64,000 nt of DNA from Perna viridis (Eukaryota), in assembly GCA_037379345.1 (NCBI GenBank), contig CM074518.1, positions 24,738,001 through 24,802,000 on the forward strand. The letters run 5' to 3'. The notes beneath the pieces are model-generated. The model worked only from the letters and a program-made list of their open reading frames with translations. It was not told the origin of the DNA and did no database searches. Below are positions 39,301 through 54,300 of the stretch, in pieces (position 1 is the stretch's first letter; each line of letters starts with the position of its first letter). A program made the translations under genes and the position numbers.

Positions 39301-42300
39301 ACAACTTTGAAAATGGAATTGGTGATCTTATCCAGAGCAAGACAGAAGATGATTTTGATTGGACACTTTATAGTGGAAAAACTCCATCAAGTTACACTGG
39401 TCCACAATGGGATCACACTATGGGAACATCAAGTGGACATTATCTATATATGGAAGCATCTGGAAAGAAATATAACCAAAAGACCTGGCTTCTAACCAAA
39501 TCATTTTACAGAACAACGGGTAAAGATTGTCGTATGAGGTTTTACTCTTATATGTATGGACAATATGTTAATACACTAAGTGTGTACTACAGAATATATA
39601 ATGCTGGACCACCCACAAAGTTAGTTCTGGCACGAGCCAATGAGCAAGGAGCATACTGGGCACGTCATGAAGTACAGTTGAATGTTAGCCAAAGCTTCCA
39701 GATTATTATTGAAGCTAAAGTTGGCGACAGCTATCTTGGAGACATCGCCATTGATGATCTAACTTTTACACCTGGTTGCCAGTATGACACATCCTCCTTA
39801 CCAAACCCACCTGCTGGTGTCACAACACATGCACCACCAGTTACACCAGCCAATAGATGTAACACAGTATCACAGTTCCAGTGCTCTGATGATAATAAAT
39901 GCATAAATAGTAACCAAGTATGCAACTTTGTCAATGATTGTGCTGATGGATCTGACGAATTACAGTGTGGTAAGTGTTAATATTGAAAACAAGATCAAAA
40001 AGCCTTGATTTTCAACCACTCCCACCAATGTATTCCATGCTAGAAACTTATATATTTGAATCTGATCAAAAACTGTAGTATGGGGGATAGATTTTTAAGC
40101 ACAAGTATGAAGAACATATGTACATTTTGTACATTTGTTTTACAGTTGTTAATTTTTCTGTTGTGATTAGGTCTAATGAAACTGTGCAAATCAAAATAAA
40201 GGACGAACATTGCATTTGATATTTTAAAAACGAAAAATTTTAAAAATGGTTATTTTCACATGATTTACTTTTTGGCTATATTCTTGCTAGACTTCGGAAT
40301 GCAGAAATGAAAGCATGCAAATAATAAAAAAAAATATATAGGGCTTATCTTCTTATGAGATACATGGCATAATCCCTCATTACAAAAATTACATCTAGGG
40401 AAAATAGTCACCATAGAAAAGACCCCATCCAAACATTTTTGAAGATGAGGTTTATCATGCACCTTTACTTTCCTTCAGTGAAAAAATCATGTGGATTTGG
40501 TTTGGATGAGTTATGTAACTGGATGATAAATGCATCACAGACAGCACCAGCTGATCAAACATACAAATGGAAAGCTGACCAAGGCATAACTGTACAAAAA
40601 GTGAGCGATTACAGACCCAAAAATGATCAGAGTGGGTCCCCTCAAGGATATTATCTATGGGCAGACAGCTCTCCTGGATCCTTTGACAGCCACACAGAAC
40701 TCTACACACCTGTCATTGGCCAAACAGGGCCCCAGTGCACTCTAGTATTGTACTACTACATGAAAGGAACAGCTGTTGGAAAATTGGAAGTTTTCACATT
40801 GTTTAACAAGCAAACTGATCATTTATGGGCAGTAGAAGGTAACCATGGAGGAAAATGGAATCGAGCAATGGTATTTATAGGTGCTAGGACAAACTTCCAA
40901 CTTTATATACAGGCAAGAAGAGGCAACTCTTTTGCTGGAGATATTGCTATTGACACCTTGCAGTTTGTCAACTGTGCAACACCAGAACCAGTTGTCGGAG
41001 GGTGTGGACAAAACCAATTTAAATGTGGCAATGGTTTCTGTATCAGTGAGGACAAACGTTGTGATTATTCTGATGATTGTGGAGATTCTACTGATGAACA
41101 GGTAAAAACGTTTGGCCCTGTTTTAACACATACCATTGACTTTCAATTTAATGAAAATTATACCTACTGATTGTTCCATTTTGTAACTTTATTTAAGTAC
41201 TGGGTGAATGGTACAATTATTAGGTACAACCTACTGAACCCTGAATAAAAAAACTGTCTACACCAGACACTTGTTGATACTTTTATGACATTTTGAATGC
41301 ATTTTGAACCTTAGTTAACCAAACACCTCAGTTACACCTGTCTTAAGAGATAAACATCAATTACATCTGTCTTAAGAGAAAAACTTCAGTTACACCTGTC
41401 TTACATGAATAATTATTAGTTACATACACCTTTCTTAAGAGAAGCACCTCAGTTATACCTGTCTTACGGGAAAAATTCTACAACCCAAAAGGGTTTAAGT
41501 TCTGACATGCTTCACTGTACAATGTCAATTAAATTACAGATACATATTGGGTATTTTGCATACTAATATTTTAAGTAATTACAGTAGCTCATTAAAGCTG
41601 ATAAAAATCCTAATCCCATTTTAGTTTACCATATAGACTAATTTGTTTGTTTTCTTCCTCTTTTAGCCTGAGACCTGTGACCAAAACTATAAGGCAAGGT
41701 GTGACTTTGAACATGGCATCTGTCAATCATGGTTCAATGACATTACAGATGACTTTAATTGGAAGTTATCAACTGGTCCCACAACAACCAGAGGAACCGG
41801 CCCTGTAACAGACCACACCCTAAGGTCAAGACAAGGTTGGTTTTAGTCTCACTCATAAGTATGTTTTAAATCTTGTACAGTTGAATGTATGGTTCATCTC
41901 ATTTCCTCCTAAAATCATTGTTTGATGGGGTAAATTGGCTTATGTTTTATGAAACATCACAAATTTAATGTTCAATTTTTCAGCAGATTTTTTAGAGAAA
42001 AATTGGTTCTTAACATGATATTGTATGTCAAAAAATCTGGAAAAGCACTTGACGAAGTCATGCAGGCAAATCCGTTCTGCTTTCATTTTACAGGCTTCAT
42101 GTTAGCAGTCTTATTTTTCAATATTTTAAAGATGTATCTGAAGAAATTCTTGAATTGGGATGTTTTTTTTTATGAAACATGGCCCTAACAGGATTAATAA
42201 TACTACAGCTGACTTCTGTGATAAAGGAACTATAGTTCTTTTCAATTAGATTTAATTTTGTGTGAGAAATCTCATTGTACATAACTCAGAGGTTGTGATA

Positions 42301-45300
42301 TTTGCAGTACAGGTATGTACTGTCACAGCCAAATGTCAAATACTCTTAATGACACACCATAACTATTTCAGGTACCTACCTTTATGTTGAAAGCTCTGCT
42401 CCAAATAAACCAGGACAAGTAGCCAGACTGTCTTCATACATCATTAAAGGAACTTCAAACAACTGCCAGGTAAGTAATAAATTTAGATGTGTTTTATGAT
42501 TAACTCCTCTTGTCTGAAAGGAAGGATATCAGAAAGGGGATATCTGTGGGCAAAAACGTATTTCAGAGCACACAAACTGATGTAGACAAACAACAAGGAA
42601 GACAAAGTATTAAAATACAATGTACACAGAAACAAGCAGCCCAAACTCACCAAAAAATGTATAGTCTACGTCAACCTGCATGCACAAATACAAGTGATGG
42701 ATGCAATAGGGACCAATTGTTAATTTGGATGCAGCTCTCCTTGACCTTCAGTGAGATTTCAGTAGGATTTTGATGGTAATTAAAAGCTATAATTGTGTAT
42801 TTGTTTGTTTATTTCACTATTTTTACTGGGTTTTTTTTTCAGACACTTTAGTGCAGATGAGATTTCAGAGAGGATGGCTATTTGTATGAGTCATTCTTTT
42901 TGTATTTTTCAGTATTTTGAAAAAAAAAACCTTCTTTTTTTTAGCTAAGATTATGGTATCATATGTGGGGTAATGATGTTGGATCTCTGGCCATAGCTAA
43001 AAGGTACAGCTATAACCCTGGTGGTATTGTTGTCATTTACAACCTAACAGGAAGTCAGGCTGATGGCTGGCTCAAGGGACAATACCCACTTACTGATGGA
43101 ACAAACACAAATAACTTTGAGGTATGTTGAACCCAGTCAGTCAAGTTAGTCACAAGGCTGACTGTTAGCCCAGGTAATAAAGGTAGTCATGAGGCCATCT
43201 GTTAGCCCAGGCAATAAAGGTAGTCACGAGGCCGACTGTTAGCCCAGGCTATAAAGGTAGTCATAAGGCCGAACTATTAGCCCAGGCTATAAAGGTAGTC
43301 ACAAGGCTGACTGTTAGACCAGGCAATAAAGTTAGTCATAATGCTGACTCTTAACCCAGGCAATTGGAATCAAGCATTTGCTTGGAAAAGTTGTCAGTTT
43401 TACAGTGAGTTGGTTTTTCCTTGATTCAACTTTCTATCAAATTTGAATAATAATACCTATAAAATGATATGAAATGAAGAGCCTTTTAAATTATTTTTGG
43501 AAAATTATGGAATGATTGTCATTTATTTCTGTGGCCTGATGTTTTTTTAATGAAAAGGATGTCTATTTTTCAGGTGACTCTGATTGGACAAGTAGGATCT
43601 GGTTTCCATGGTGATATTGCCATTGATGACATATCTCTTACACCTAGTTGTGAACAAGCTCCAATGGAAGGTTAGTCAAAACTGAAAACATATTTTAAAT
43701 TTGACAAATTTGAAATCAGTATTATTACTCTGTTCATAAGTTTGTTCCCACATTAAGTTTGGTATTGAGATTCTGGAAAAAATAAAAAAAATAAATAAAA
43801 TCTGTCGAAGGAGAAAAAGCTTTAAGTGCCTAAAATTATCAGATAAATTCGGTTTTAAAAAAACTTTCACTGTAAACCAGTTTCTCATCTCAGTGACTTC
43901 CCTTGTGAACAAATCTTCTAAAATAAGGAAGTGTTATCCATTCAGGCCATTTAGGTTCATAAGCCAAGTTATTTTTTGTAACCTGTATGGCTGTATGTTT
44001 TTGCCATCTGTCATATACAGTGTGGATATATGCTACATTTTGACTATGGGCCAAACCTCTATTTAAAGTGCTGTATACAAAAAATCTGGGTTATAGATTG
44101 AAGCATTGTTGTTTACAGTACCATTGCCTGGCCAGCCAACTAAACCACCAACTACAGTAGGGCCATGTGGTCCAAACCAACTAATGTGTGACAATTCTAG
44201 ATGCTACAGCAAGGAACAGAAATGTAACTTTATTGATGACTGTGGAGATGGCTCAGATGAATATATGTGTGGTATGTATAGAATATAGATTATATAAATG
44301 GTAGGTGTGGTTTAGAGGTGGTAGGTGTGGTTTAGGGATGGTAGGTGTGATTAAAGTCTTAGTAGGTGCAGTTTAGGGATGGTAAGCATTATTAAAATTT
44401 AATGATTGTGGTTTAGAGGTGGTTGGTATGGTAATATGGTTGGTGTGATTTAACTTTGGTAAGTATGATTAATGTTTAGTAGGTGTGATTAAAGTTAAGT
44501 AGGTGTGGTTTAGGGATGGTAAGCGTAATTAAAACTTAATAATTTTGGTTTAGGGGTGGTTGGTATGGTTATATGGTTGAAAGGTGTAGCTAGGGATTGT
44601 TTTTTAGATTTATGTGTCTCATAGTAAATGGGTGTTGCACTTGGTAGTAGGTATAACATTTGGTAGGTTTTGTTAATGGTAATATAGGGTTAATATGTGA
44701 ACGATTTGGTGGTATTTGATGGGTTTGTTTTGCTTTATGGTACAGTAAAACAACTTAATTAATGACTCAGTGGATGGCTGTCATGAACACTATATGTGTG
44801 TTAGATATAACATAGGACTGAATGATAAATTAAAAATGGTGAGTGGTGTAAGGGGCGAAAAAGGTTTGTTTTGGGTTGTATGTGTTAGTTGGACTTGGTC
44901 AGTTGAGGAATTAATTGTGAATGCAAATGGTGAGTTTTGGAATTGTGGAGGGATTAAATTGGGTACTTGGTAGGAATGATAAGGGCTTAAAATGATGGAT
45001 TTGTTGGAAGGTGTGCATGATAAAGGGTTTTGTATTCTATTTAAGTCAATGATATTTTATGCATATCCATATAAAAATCTTTAGTCTAAGGTTTGTGGTT
45101 AAGAAATATGCCTAATAAAAATAGAACTTTCTTATCTAAGCTTGTCTTACAAAATCACTGTCAAACATATCTTATTTCAGGAACAACATGTAACTTTGAA
45201 GATAGTACAAATAGCCTGTGTGGATGGAGAAACTCTGTCAGGGATAACCTTAACTGGACTAGACAGAATGGGAAGACACCAACATTTAGAACTGGCCCAA

Positions 45301-48300
45301 CTAAAGATGTTTCTGTTGGAACTGCTCAAGGTACATGATACTGATATGCTGAAATGTGTTTCATCCAAACCCATTTAAAATAGCATTGTAGAATGGTAGA
45401 ACTAACCCAATTGTTGATAATTGTTTTAATCATTCAAAGTAGACTTCATGACAAATGTTGCTCCCTGGTTTACTATGCAACGCTTCTGCTGTAAAGGGAT
45501 AAATCAAGGCATATTTAAAAGTAGAAATTACCCTGTCTAAAGTCGCAGTATGAATAACATCTGTTTAAACAGTAACAGATGTATGTTAGTGTAGTGATCT
45601 ACTGTTCCACTGAAGAAAAACTATATTTTGAATCAGAAAAGCCTGCCATTCAAATGATAGACGTATTTTCAATGTTTTGGAGAAAAAAAAGTTTGGTGTT
45701 TTCCTGAAATGCTACTTCTACCAGTAAAAAAAAACAACCAATTGAAGCCATTGATTAGTGATTATCTGCTCTGTATTGGTGAGATTTAGACAGATGAATC
45801 TACCGAATAAGGTGCATTAGTAATTATCTGCTCTATATCAGTGAGATTGAGACAGATGAATAAGTCAATCTACCAAATAAGGTGCATTAGTAATTATCTG
45901 CTCTATATCAGTGAGATTGAGACAGATGAATAAGTCAATCTACCAAATAAGGTGCATTAGTAATTATCTGCTCTATATCAGTGAGATTGAGACAGATGGA
46001 TAAGTCCATCTACCAATTAAGGTGCATGATATTTCCTTACAAGGTCTTTTGTACTTATCATAGATCTGTTTGAAATTAGTGGTTATGGGGATTACCTTAC
46101 TCATCTTTCTGTTCCTTTGTCTAGCAATCTTGTACATGAAGGTTGTCTTTAAATTATTTTACAATAAATTTACTGATATATCATTTTCCTTTAGGACATT
46201 ACCTTTATGTGGAAGCCAGTGGGAGCCATCTTGGATACAAAGCTATTTTGATGAGTGATATATACTACCAGTCAGGTCCATCTTGTCAAATGTCCTTCTG
46301 GTATGACATGTATGGAAAAAATGTTGGAGCACTAAAGGTTATTGTAAAAACAAGTTCTGGACAAAATCTAATCTTGAAAACATTGACTGGAGACCAGGGA
46401 CCAGCATGGAGGCAGATGAATGTATCATTGCCTAGCTACCATCAATTCTCCATCTTGTTTGAGGCTGTCCAAGGAAATGGTTACCTTGGTGATGTCGCAA
46501 TTGATGACATTAAGTTTAGCAACTGTGCTCCAAGTAAGAGAATTTAAAATATTTGAAATTGAATTTGAATTTAAAGAAATATAAGTAGTTGTACTTAATT
46601 GCAGCGGTTTGATTTGAAAAATGTGAATTATTATGTATTATTTATTATTAATGTTTTTTCCTTTCCTAATATAGAATTATTCTTAATGACTCCAAAATTA
46701 AAATTGCATTCTAATTTAAAATGACATATTTCAATAATCATTGCTTGCAGTATTCTGAATTTATAGTAAAATTGTATTGTGTTATCACATTAAGTTTTCA
46801 TTTCTTTTGCAGCTGTAGAAGTTAAGAGTTGTCCAGGAACACAATTCCAATGTGCCAGTAAGACACAATGTATTGATCGTCGTTACCGATGTGATGGGCA
46901 GACTGACTGTAGTGATTCAACTGATGAGGATGGATGCACAAGTGAGTTATCTCCCTTTGGTTTATTTCTCTATTGATACTCCTCCTTTTACGAAATTTTA
47001 ACTATTTGTTTTCTTTTAAAATTCTTGTTTCTGGTTAGATGTATTGTGGTCTTGTAACTGAAACTACACTCTTCTGTTACATGATTAAGAATTGTTATCA
47101 TGTAAACTACTCGCCAAATTTCACTTATAATTTTGTACCTGCTTTGGTGTTATTTGGAGGCAAGTCATGTGACCATTTGAACAGAATTTAGACCAGATGT
47201 ATTTATGCTAATTNNNNNNNNNNNNNNNNNNNNNNNNNNNNNNNNNNNNNNNNNNNNNNNNNNNNNNNNNNNNNNNNNNNNNNNNNNNNNNNNNNNNNNN
47301 NNNNNNNNNNNNNNNNNNNNNNNNNNNNNNNNNNNNNNNNNATTAATCATTCAAAGGTTGCAATTTTGGAATTTTTATCATTGGATTATAGTAGCAACAA
47401 CAACTTAGGACAGGTCTGCAGCTAGAAATTGGGAGTTAGGTGTCAATGTCAGGAGACAGTAGACACCAAGTCCCACAAACTATCCATGAGAGAAATAGAC
47501 AACAAATCAGAGTGGTGGTAATCAAATGATTTGTCATGGTCTTATCAAGATGGTGTAATGGTGTAATGGCATACTCTAGCTTATGTAGAATCAGTTTACA
47601 TTCAAATCAATTATGAAATATGCTTAGAGCTTATGTTTCCTCTTACAGCTCCAGCACTAGGTGACTGTAAGTTTGATTTGGAGCCATTCTCATCAGTTTG
47701 TGGGTGGAGCCAAAGTACAGACGACGATGCTGATTGGATACAAGGACAGTCAACACCCAATGCCAATACAGGACCATCTGTTGATCATTTAGGATCTGCC
47801 AATGGTAGGCTAGAAAATGAAGACTCCTTTAAAATCTGCATTAGGAGATTAAGCATCCAAAGCTCTTTGAAGTTGGAGGAGGCACTAGAAAATTAAAAAA
47901 AAATATTCCAAGTATTGCCCAATTTCAATATACTTGAGAGAAAATTTGCAGATTTGACCGATTACAGACATTTTATTTTCATTAATTAGAATGCTTATAA
48001 AATATGGATGATCAAGCTTATCAATTCATTTAATCTTCTAAACTGAAGAGGAAGGCTTCTTCATATTGAACATCTTAATTCTAGTCCTGCATACAGGGTC
48101 CAAAGGATAGGCCTTATAGTACGTTTTCTTTTTTTTTACCAAAAAATTGACCTTTTGAATAGACGTATACGCACATAGTTATGTAAATACATTCAGGTGC
48201 TCATTCTCTAAAAAGAGGTACCAATGCAATATCTCAGAATTTACTAACTGGTTTATATTGATATATAATTTTTTGCACAGGCTACTGGTAATATGTTTGA

Positions 48301-51300
48301 TCTATTATCATTATCCCTTTTTTGCAGGAGAGTTCCTTTACATAAACAGTGCCTCAATGAGACCTGGGGATTCTGCTCAAGTTCTTTCCCCACAATTCCC
48401 AGCAAGTCGTGGTGTGTGCTATGTCAGACTCTGGTATTACATGTATGGTGCTTCCACCATGGGACCCTTGAATGTAAGTCTGTGTATGATTTAATGTTGG
48501 CTTACAATGTGTTTTTACATATAGAAAATTTTTTAAAAAATGTACTCTTATACATGTTGTTACTTACATAATGCAGTTTTCAAGTTCATTGATATTGCAA
48601 TAGGAACAATTTTTGTCGTTCAAATTTAAACATTGTTTGAAAAAAAAAAAAAAAAATCTATACTAAAGATAACAAATTGTCCAGTATTTAATCTCAAAAC
48701 AACTTATGAAGCAAAGATGAAAAGAAAATGCTTGGCCTTCAGAAGACTATAATCCTGAATTTTTATTTTTTTTTGTCAGCATAGCTGAGGAGACTTCAGG
48801 CCTTGGAGCCACAAATATTTAAAAATATTTATGCTTGAGAATATTCTTAACTTCCATGGTAACTCCAATCAAAGTCTCTGAAATCGATGACATCACAAAC
48901 AGTTGAGAATTTTCTCAGACTTGAGTATTTTTTTAAGTTTTGTGGTGCTGAGGCCAGGTTTGACACTCTTCTATAAATCTAGCAAAATTAGTTTTCCATA
49001 CTTTTTTACCATGCTTGTCATGTTAAAGTGATATTTTGTTTTTCTATATATTTTTACAAGTTTGAATTTGTTCTGGTTCAGTTATCTTATTGGTAGTATT
49101 TTTGTTCTTGTTTGAATTTGATTTTTAGTCAAAGTTACACATCTACAAAATAAAATTTGATCAACTCCAACTCTGTGAAAAACATAATATATTTAGTACA
49201 TGTATGATAAATAAAGGGGGAAAACAAGCAGGATCTTCTGGGTTTATTACATTTTTGAATGACAAAAAATTGTAAAGTTAAATGAATTTTTTAAAATAGT
49301 TATGTGGTCCGATTCTTTTATTGGTAGTGTTTTTATTTTGTTTGAACTTGATATTCAGTCAAAGTTACACATTTACAAAATAAAAAAAAAGGAATTTTTT
49401 TTAAAATAATCATGTTGTTTGTTATAGGTCTATGTCCAAAACGTTAATGAAGCCAACCGACAGTTATGGTGGACTACATCAGGTAACCAGGGAGCACAAT
49501 GGAAATACATCAACCTATTGGTGGGAAGTATACAGCCATTCCGTGTTGTCATCGAGGGAGTGAGAGGAGATGAGCCAAAATCTGATGTAGCTATTGATGA
49601 TGTCACTTTTACACCAGAATGCCAAACAGGAAGTAAGTATAAATTTAAGCAGTGTTTTGTACCCAGACTCAATGAGTGGGCAGTATAATTGGATTCACCT
49701 TGTCCATCTGCATTCTGTCAGTCCAAATTCCATTATGGTTATCTTGCCTTGGTGAACAGCTATATATAGATTAGGCATACATTATAAACAATTTTGGGTG
49801 CTATCCAATACCAATTTACTGTTTCAAGCGACTTAGTCATTTTTCACTCTAAATCTGTGGAATGATAGAGAAAATTTTCATCACCGAAATCTTGCCCCTC
49901 AATGATTTGATTTGTTTGGTGTGTGACTTTATATAGGTATGGCAATTACATTGTGATTTTTGGTGCTATTTGCCAGCGACACATGTAACTTCATGTTTAT
50001 TTGTTTTTTATTGCCAAAAAGGCCATGCTGAAAATTGATTTTTATTGTCTCAACTTTACAATTATAAGAAGACAAGAAGAATAATTTTCATTTTTACTGG
50101 GGTATGGTAAATAGAATATAAGTACTGTTCTCTTTAAGAATCGTGCAGTAGGTGAATCATGGTGGGAAAGAGCACGCATGCTTTTCCACATGATCTTATT
50201 CAAAATGGTATCTGAAATGCAGAAATGGCATTCATTTCTAATAAAAGTGTCAATAATTCAAAGTATTAATTATAAGAAATTATCAAAGGGAGCTAACTCA
50301 CTTTTCCCCTAATTATTCTATTGTAACTTTGAACTTCCAGTATCCTCTGACACTCCTAAGACAAATTTGTCTTCAATAGAAAATAGGTACAGTATCTGAA
50401 CTGATCCATGCAATGATTTTACGGATCCATGACCGTTGACTGATTGATCACTGATGGATCGATGACCGGTGACTGATCTGATTGCAGTTTTGTTATGTAA
50501 AATGATGTAAGATCTGTTTTAGATAAAAGAAATGTAAGATAAAAGTATAAATTGATGTTTAAATCTATTACTCTATGTAAATATTTGTGTTAAATTGACA
50601 AAGAAAACAACAAAAACCGTAAAATACATTGACCGCTCTGTGGTCACGTGATGCAATCACCAGTTAAATGAATCGGTTTGACGGATCAATAACTGACTAG
50701 AAACTGATCGGTGATTGATGACCGATCACAATTTTTATTGCACAGATCGTTTCAGGTACTGTACCCACATTGTCAAATTTGTTTGTTTTTTTCTGAGCAT
50801 GATTCATTATTTTTCACTTTTGCCTGATTCTTACAGATACCAGTAATTAAATTGCTTTAGGAAGTAAATAGTAAATTCATAATAATTTCTGATTAATACA
50901 CAATATATTATTATATGTATTTTGATTAGGATTGTGCTGCTCGTATTTGTGTGTATTTTATGATTATGTATTTTTTAGTGATTGTCCATATGTCTGTATG
51001 TGATCATGGATTTCCCCTTTTTGATATCTCCTCTTTTTTGGCACTTCTGTATTCATTTTATTTATCATTTTAGAACCATACAACCAGTCATCAACAGGGC
51101 TATACTGTGGGCGAGACAAATTCTTATGTAAACCATTGAACCAGTGTTTTCCAAACTCGTGGAAATGTGACTTCGTTGCTGACTGTCCAGATGCAAGTGA
51201 TGAATTTGGGTGTCCATCAACACCAGCACCAACTGGTAAAACAAATGTCTCACCTGTAACACGACCAACCAAAACATTAGCTCCAGGAACAACACAACCA

Positions 51301-54300
51301 ACTACTATAGCACCTCCTAGCAAACAATGCAAGAAAACAGAGATGGCTTGTGGATCAGGAGAGTGCATTGCCAGGTTATATATGTGTGATGGCCATAATG
51401 ATTGTCGTGACGGAAGTGATGAACCAACTAATTGTAGTAAGCATTAGTTCATTTTTTTGACTTCTTAACATCTCTTGTTGACAAAATAGCATTAAGACCA
51501 AATAAAAGAATAAATGTGGTTTGAACAACTTCTCTGGACAGAACTTGATAGTTACAATATCTGTGCACTTTACAGCTGCAGCCATGAGACAACTAAAAGC
51601 CTTTCATCTTTCAAAATTCAGCAATATTTCAAGCAGACGTTATGAGTTGTTCAAAAAAATTAATAATGCAACTAGTTTTCCCAACTACCAACCCTATTTT
51701 ATTCAAAGAGGTGACCAGAACCACACAATTTTTTTTATTTGGCCTAATGAACCAAGTGCTGTGAAACCTGTATACCTGTTGATCTTTTTAACAGAATCAT
51801 GTGGGAGATTCTCCCCCATTGACACTGTTTGATTTGTGATATTTTGACATAAAAGCAATTTTTTATGTTAAAATTTAATTACTTAATTTTTTATCACAGA
51901 AAAATAATAATTTTAACAAAATTTTGTGGGATTCTCCCTCCCATAACAGGTATGAACCTGTATAAACCAGATATCTTCAAGTCCTTTCAAAACAGTTTCA
52001 ATATGTCCAAAACTGTTGTAACATGAACACCTATCTTAATCATACAAACTCCGCAGTCCACATATCTTTTCTGAATAAAATGCAAAACTTATCTTTAGTA
52101 TTTTTTATCAGAGTCAGGTTAAAATTAAAGTATATTTGATTAATTCTGAGTAAAAAGTTGAAATTTAGAAGAACCAATAATTTGTCTTTATACAAAACTG
52201 TGATCAAATTAGTAAGCAGTCATTAATTATCAATTGTTCAGCAGTCAGTCAGTGACCAGTCATTGATCTGTCAAATTGTTGCATGGCTTGGTTTGGGGAC
52301 TATATAAGGAACAAATTAGCAATTAAAGTGACTAAAGGTCAAGGATGTTAATGTATGTCAACTTCCATTAGCCATCTTATTTTATTATAAACCTTATTTC
52401 TTTTCAGTAAAATGTAAGGCAGGATATTACTGGTGTAATGCTCAAAGAAAATGTATAAACGCTCCTAGATGTGACACAGTCAACCAATGTGGAGACTTTA
52501 CTGATGAAAGTTTGTGTAATGGTATGTACAAAATATGAAATGAATGAGAAATTAGCAAATACTGTAAATAAGGAATGTTTCAGAAAAACTTTAAATGATG
52601 ATGGATAGTCAGTCTGTGAGAAATCTTAACAGGCAAGTGGTGTGTGTATAAATGTACAAAAGTTATCAAAGTATTGAAAATGATTATCATATTTGAAAGT
52701 TTTTTTTTTTTTTAACAAAAATGCAAATGTTAATGTGAAAGAACGGAAATTTCATCTTGGAGGAATTGTGAAATGGGAACTACACAACCTTGCATGCTTG
52801 CACATAAAAAAGATATATTCATCACACTGAAGAACCTGTTTGGATTTTTGTCAAGTCTGATTCTTTTAGTTGTAGCTGATTCAATTTCTTGGCATCATTT
52901 TTTTCTCAGCTTCTTTGTTTGCACAAATGTTAATTGAGGAGTTACTGATCTTGATTTATGGTGTTGCCTTACAATAGATTTTTAGTACCATATTGGGGGA
53001 TGGAGCTACATACGTAAACAAATTGCTACTTTTCTGACATATTATGTAAGGATAGTTTTTTTTTTGTCTGCATCCGGGTTAATTTTCAGTGAAGTAGAAC
53101 TTTGCGAACTACTGGTAGTTCCGATTTAGTAGTATGGTGGCAAAACAAATAAGAGTATAGTTTGTGTAGTAAAGGCACATATTTTTCTTCATGATTGGTG
53201 GTCTTGCAATTTAATACATTTATAGTGCCTATAAAACTTACTTATAAATGAACTTTGAAAGTTATAATCAATAATATCTCTACCAGTTTGTTGTAAGTAC
53301 TGACAGTCTGCAATATTCTATTATTTTCAATACTTATTACATCTGAACCTTAAAACCTGATTTTTTAAGCGTATGTCTTTCTATGAAACTATTTCCTATA
53401 GAAACCTGATAAAAAATAAGAATTCTGGCAGATAATGTTGATTATTATCAGGTTATTCTTTTCTTATTACAGGAGTATGCCCTTCAGGTTTCTGTTTAAA
53501 CAATGGAATCTGTACTGCCAGCAACACCAATGGAGCTTCTTGCAAGTAAGTGAAATTTATCCTTTGAAAGGGGGGCTTGTGCAATAGATAAAATTGGAAT
53601 TCTAATTTCTATTTGGACAAATTGAATTCCAATTGTAATAGGAAGATCTAAGATCAATTGAATTCTATCTATTATTGTTTATTTCGCAGATGCAAAGAGA
53701 GGATTTAAGGGTTTGGAACCCCCTCACTCTTTTTATTGGAAAATTTAGTTAATTTGTGCAATCAGCAAATGGTAGCTAGAACCCCTTTTTTATACCCTCC
53801 TTCCCACACCCACACAAAGTGAAGTTGTATTCTGTGATACCCTCCAAAAGGTTGCATGTCCATATGTGTATCCCCTGATGTTTTCCAGATGAAAACTGGA
53901 TCTATGATATTTTTTTTTAAACTTTGTCAGTTGCTAGGCACAATAAAATAGAGGTTAAGCTCAATTTTCAAAATTCTAAATGTAGTTTTCAAGTAAGACC
54001 ATTTTGAACATTTTACCCTCCCCCTTTTTTCACCATTATGTGATGGGGTATCACTTAATGTTTCATCAGTGACCTATATTGAAGTTTGGATTTGCCCCTT
54101 CTGTAACATATACATCACCATTTAAATATGCTAGGTTTTAAAAATTATGTTCAAAATATAATGCTTATATCACAATCTTGGCTGTTCAGTAAAACGGTAT
54201 ACATGTACTGGTAAATCAATATAAATGATTAAACATAGATAACATGTATCATGTATGTATTATACTATTTACAGTTGTTCTACCAATAACTATGGAGATC

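Noticed and set aside
29530-39969. The giant exon as a skippable cassette (phase 1/1, length divisible by 3)
   Set aside because: Skipping keeps the frame but would join the first third of one MAM to the start of another, leaving a broken domain. This is unlikely without transcript evidence.
29640-39980. The 3446-aa ORF as a stand-alone gene or processed retrogene
   Set aside because: It begins mid-MAM with no signal peptide. It is bounded by a proper acceptor (29529) and donor (39970) in phase with the neighbouring exons, and it has no poly(A) or target-site duplication.
30225-41105. Many 60-195 aa alternative-frame and antisense ORFs overlapping the large exons
   Set aside because: These are shadow ORFs of a long coding sequence, with no recognisable motifs.
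44300-44560. Interstitial telomeric repeat
   Set aside because: TTTAGGG occurs only as isolated motifs within a longer degenerate unit, not as tandem (TTAGGG)n.
47165-47408. ORFs spanning the N run
   Set aside because: They are artefacts of the gap. The flanking exons join in phase, although a hidden symmetric exon cannot be excluded.
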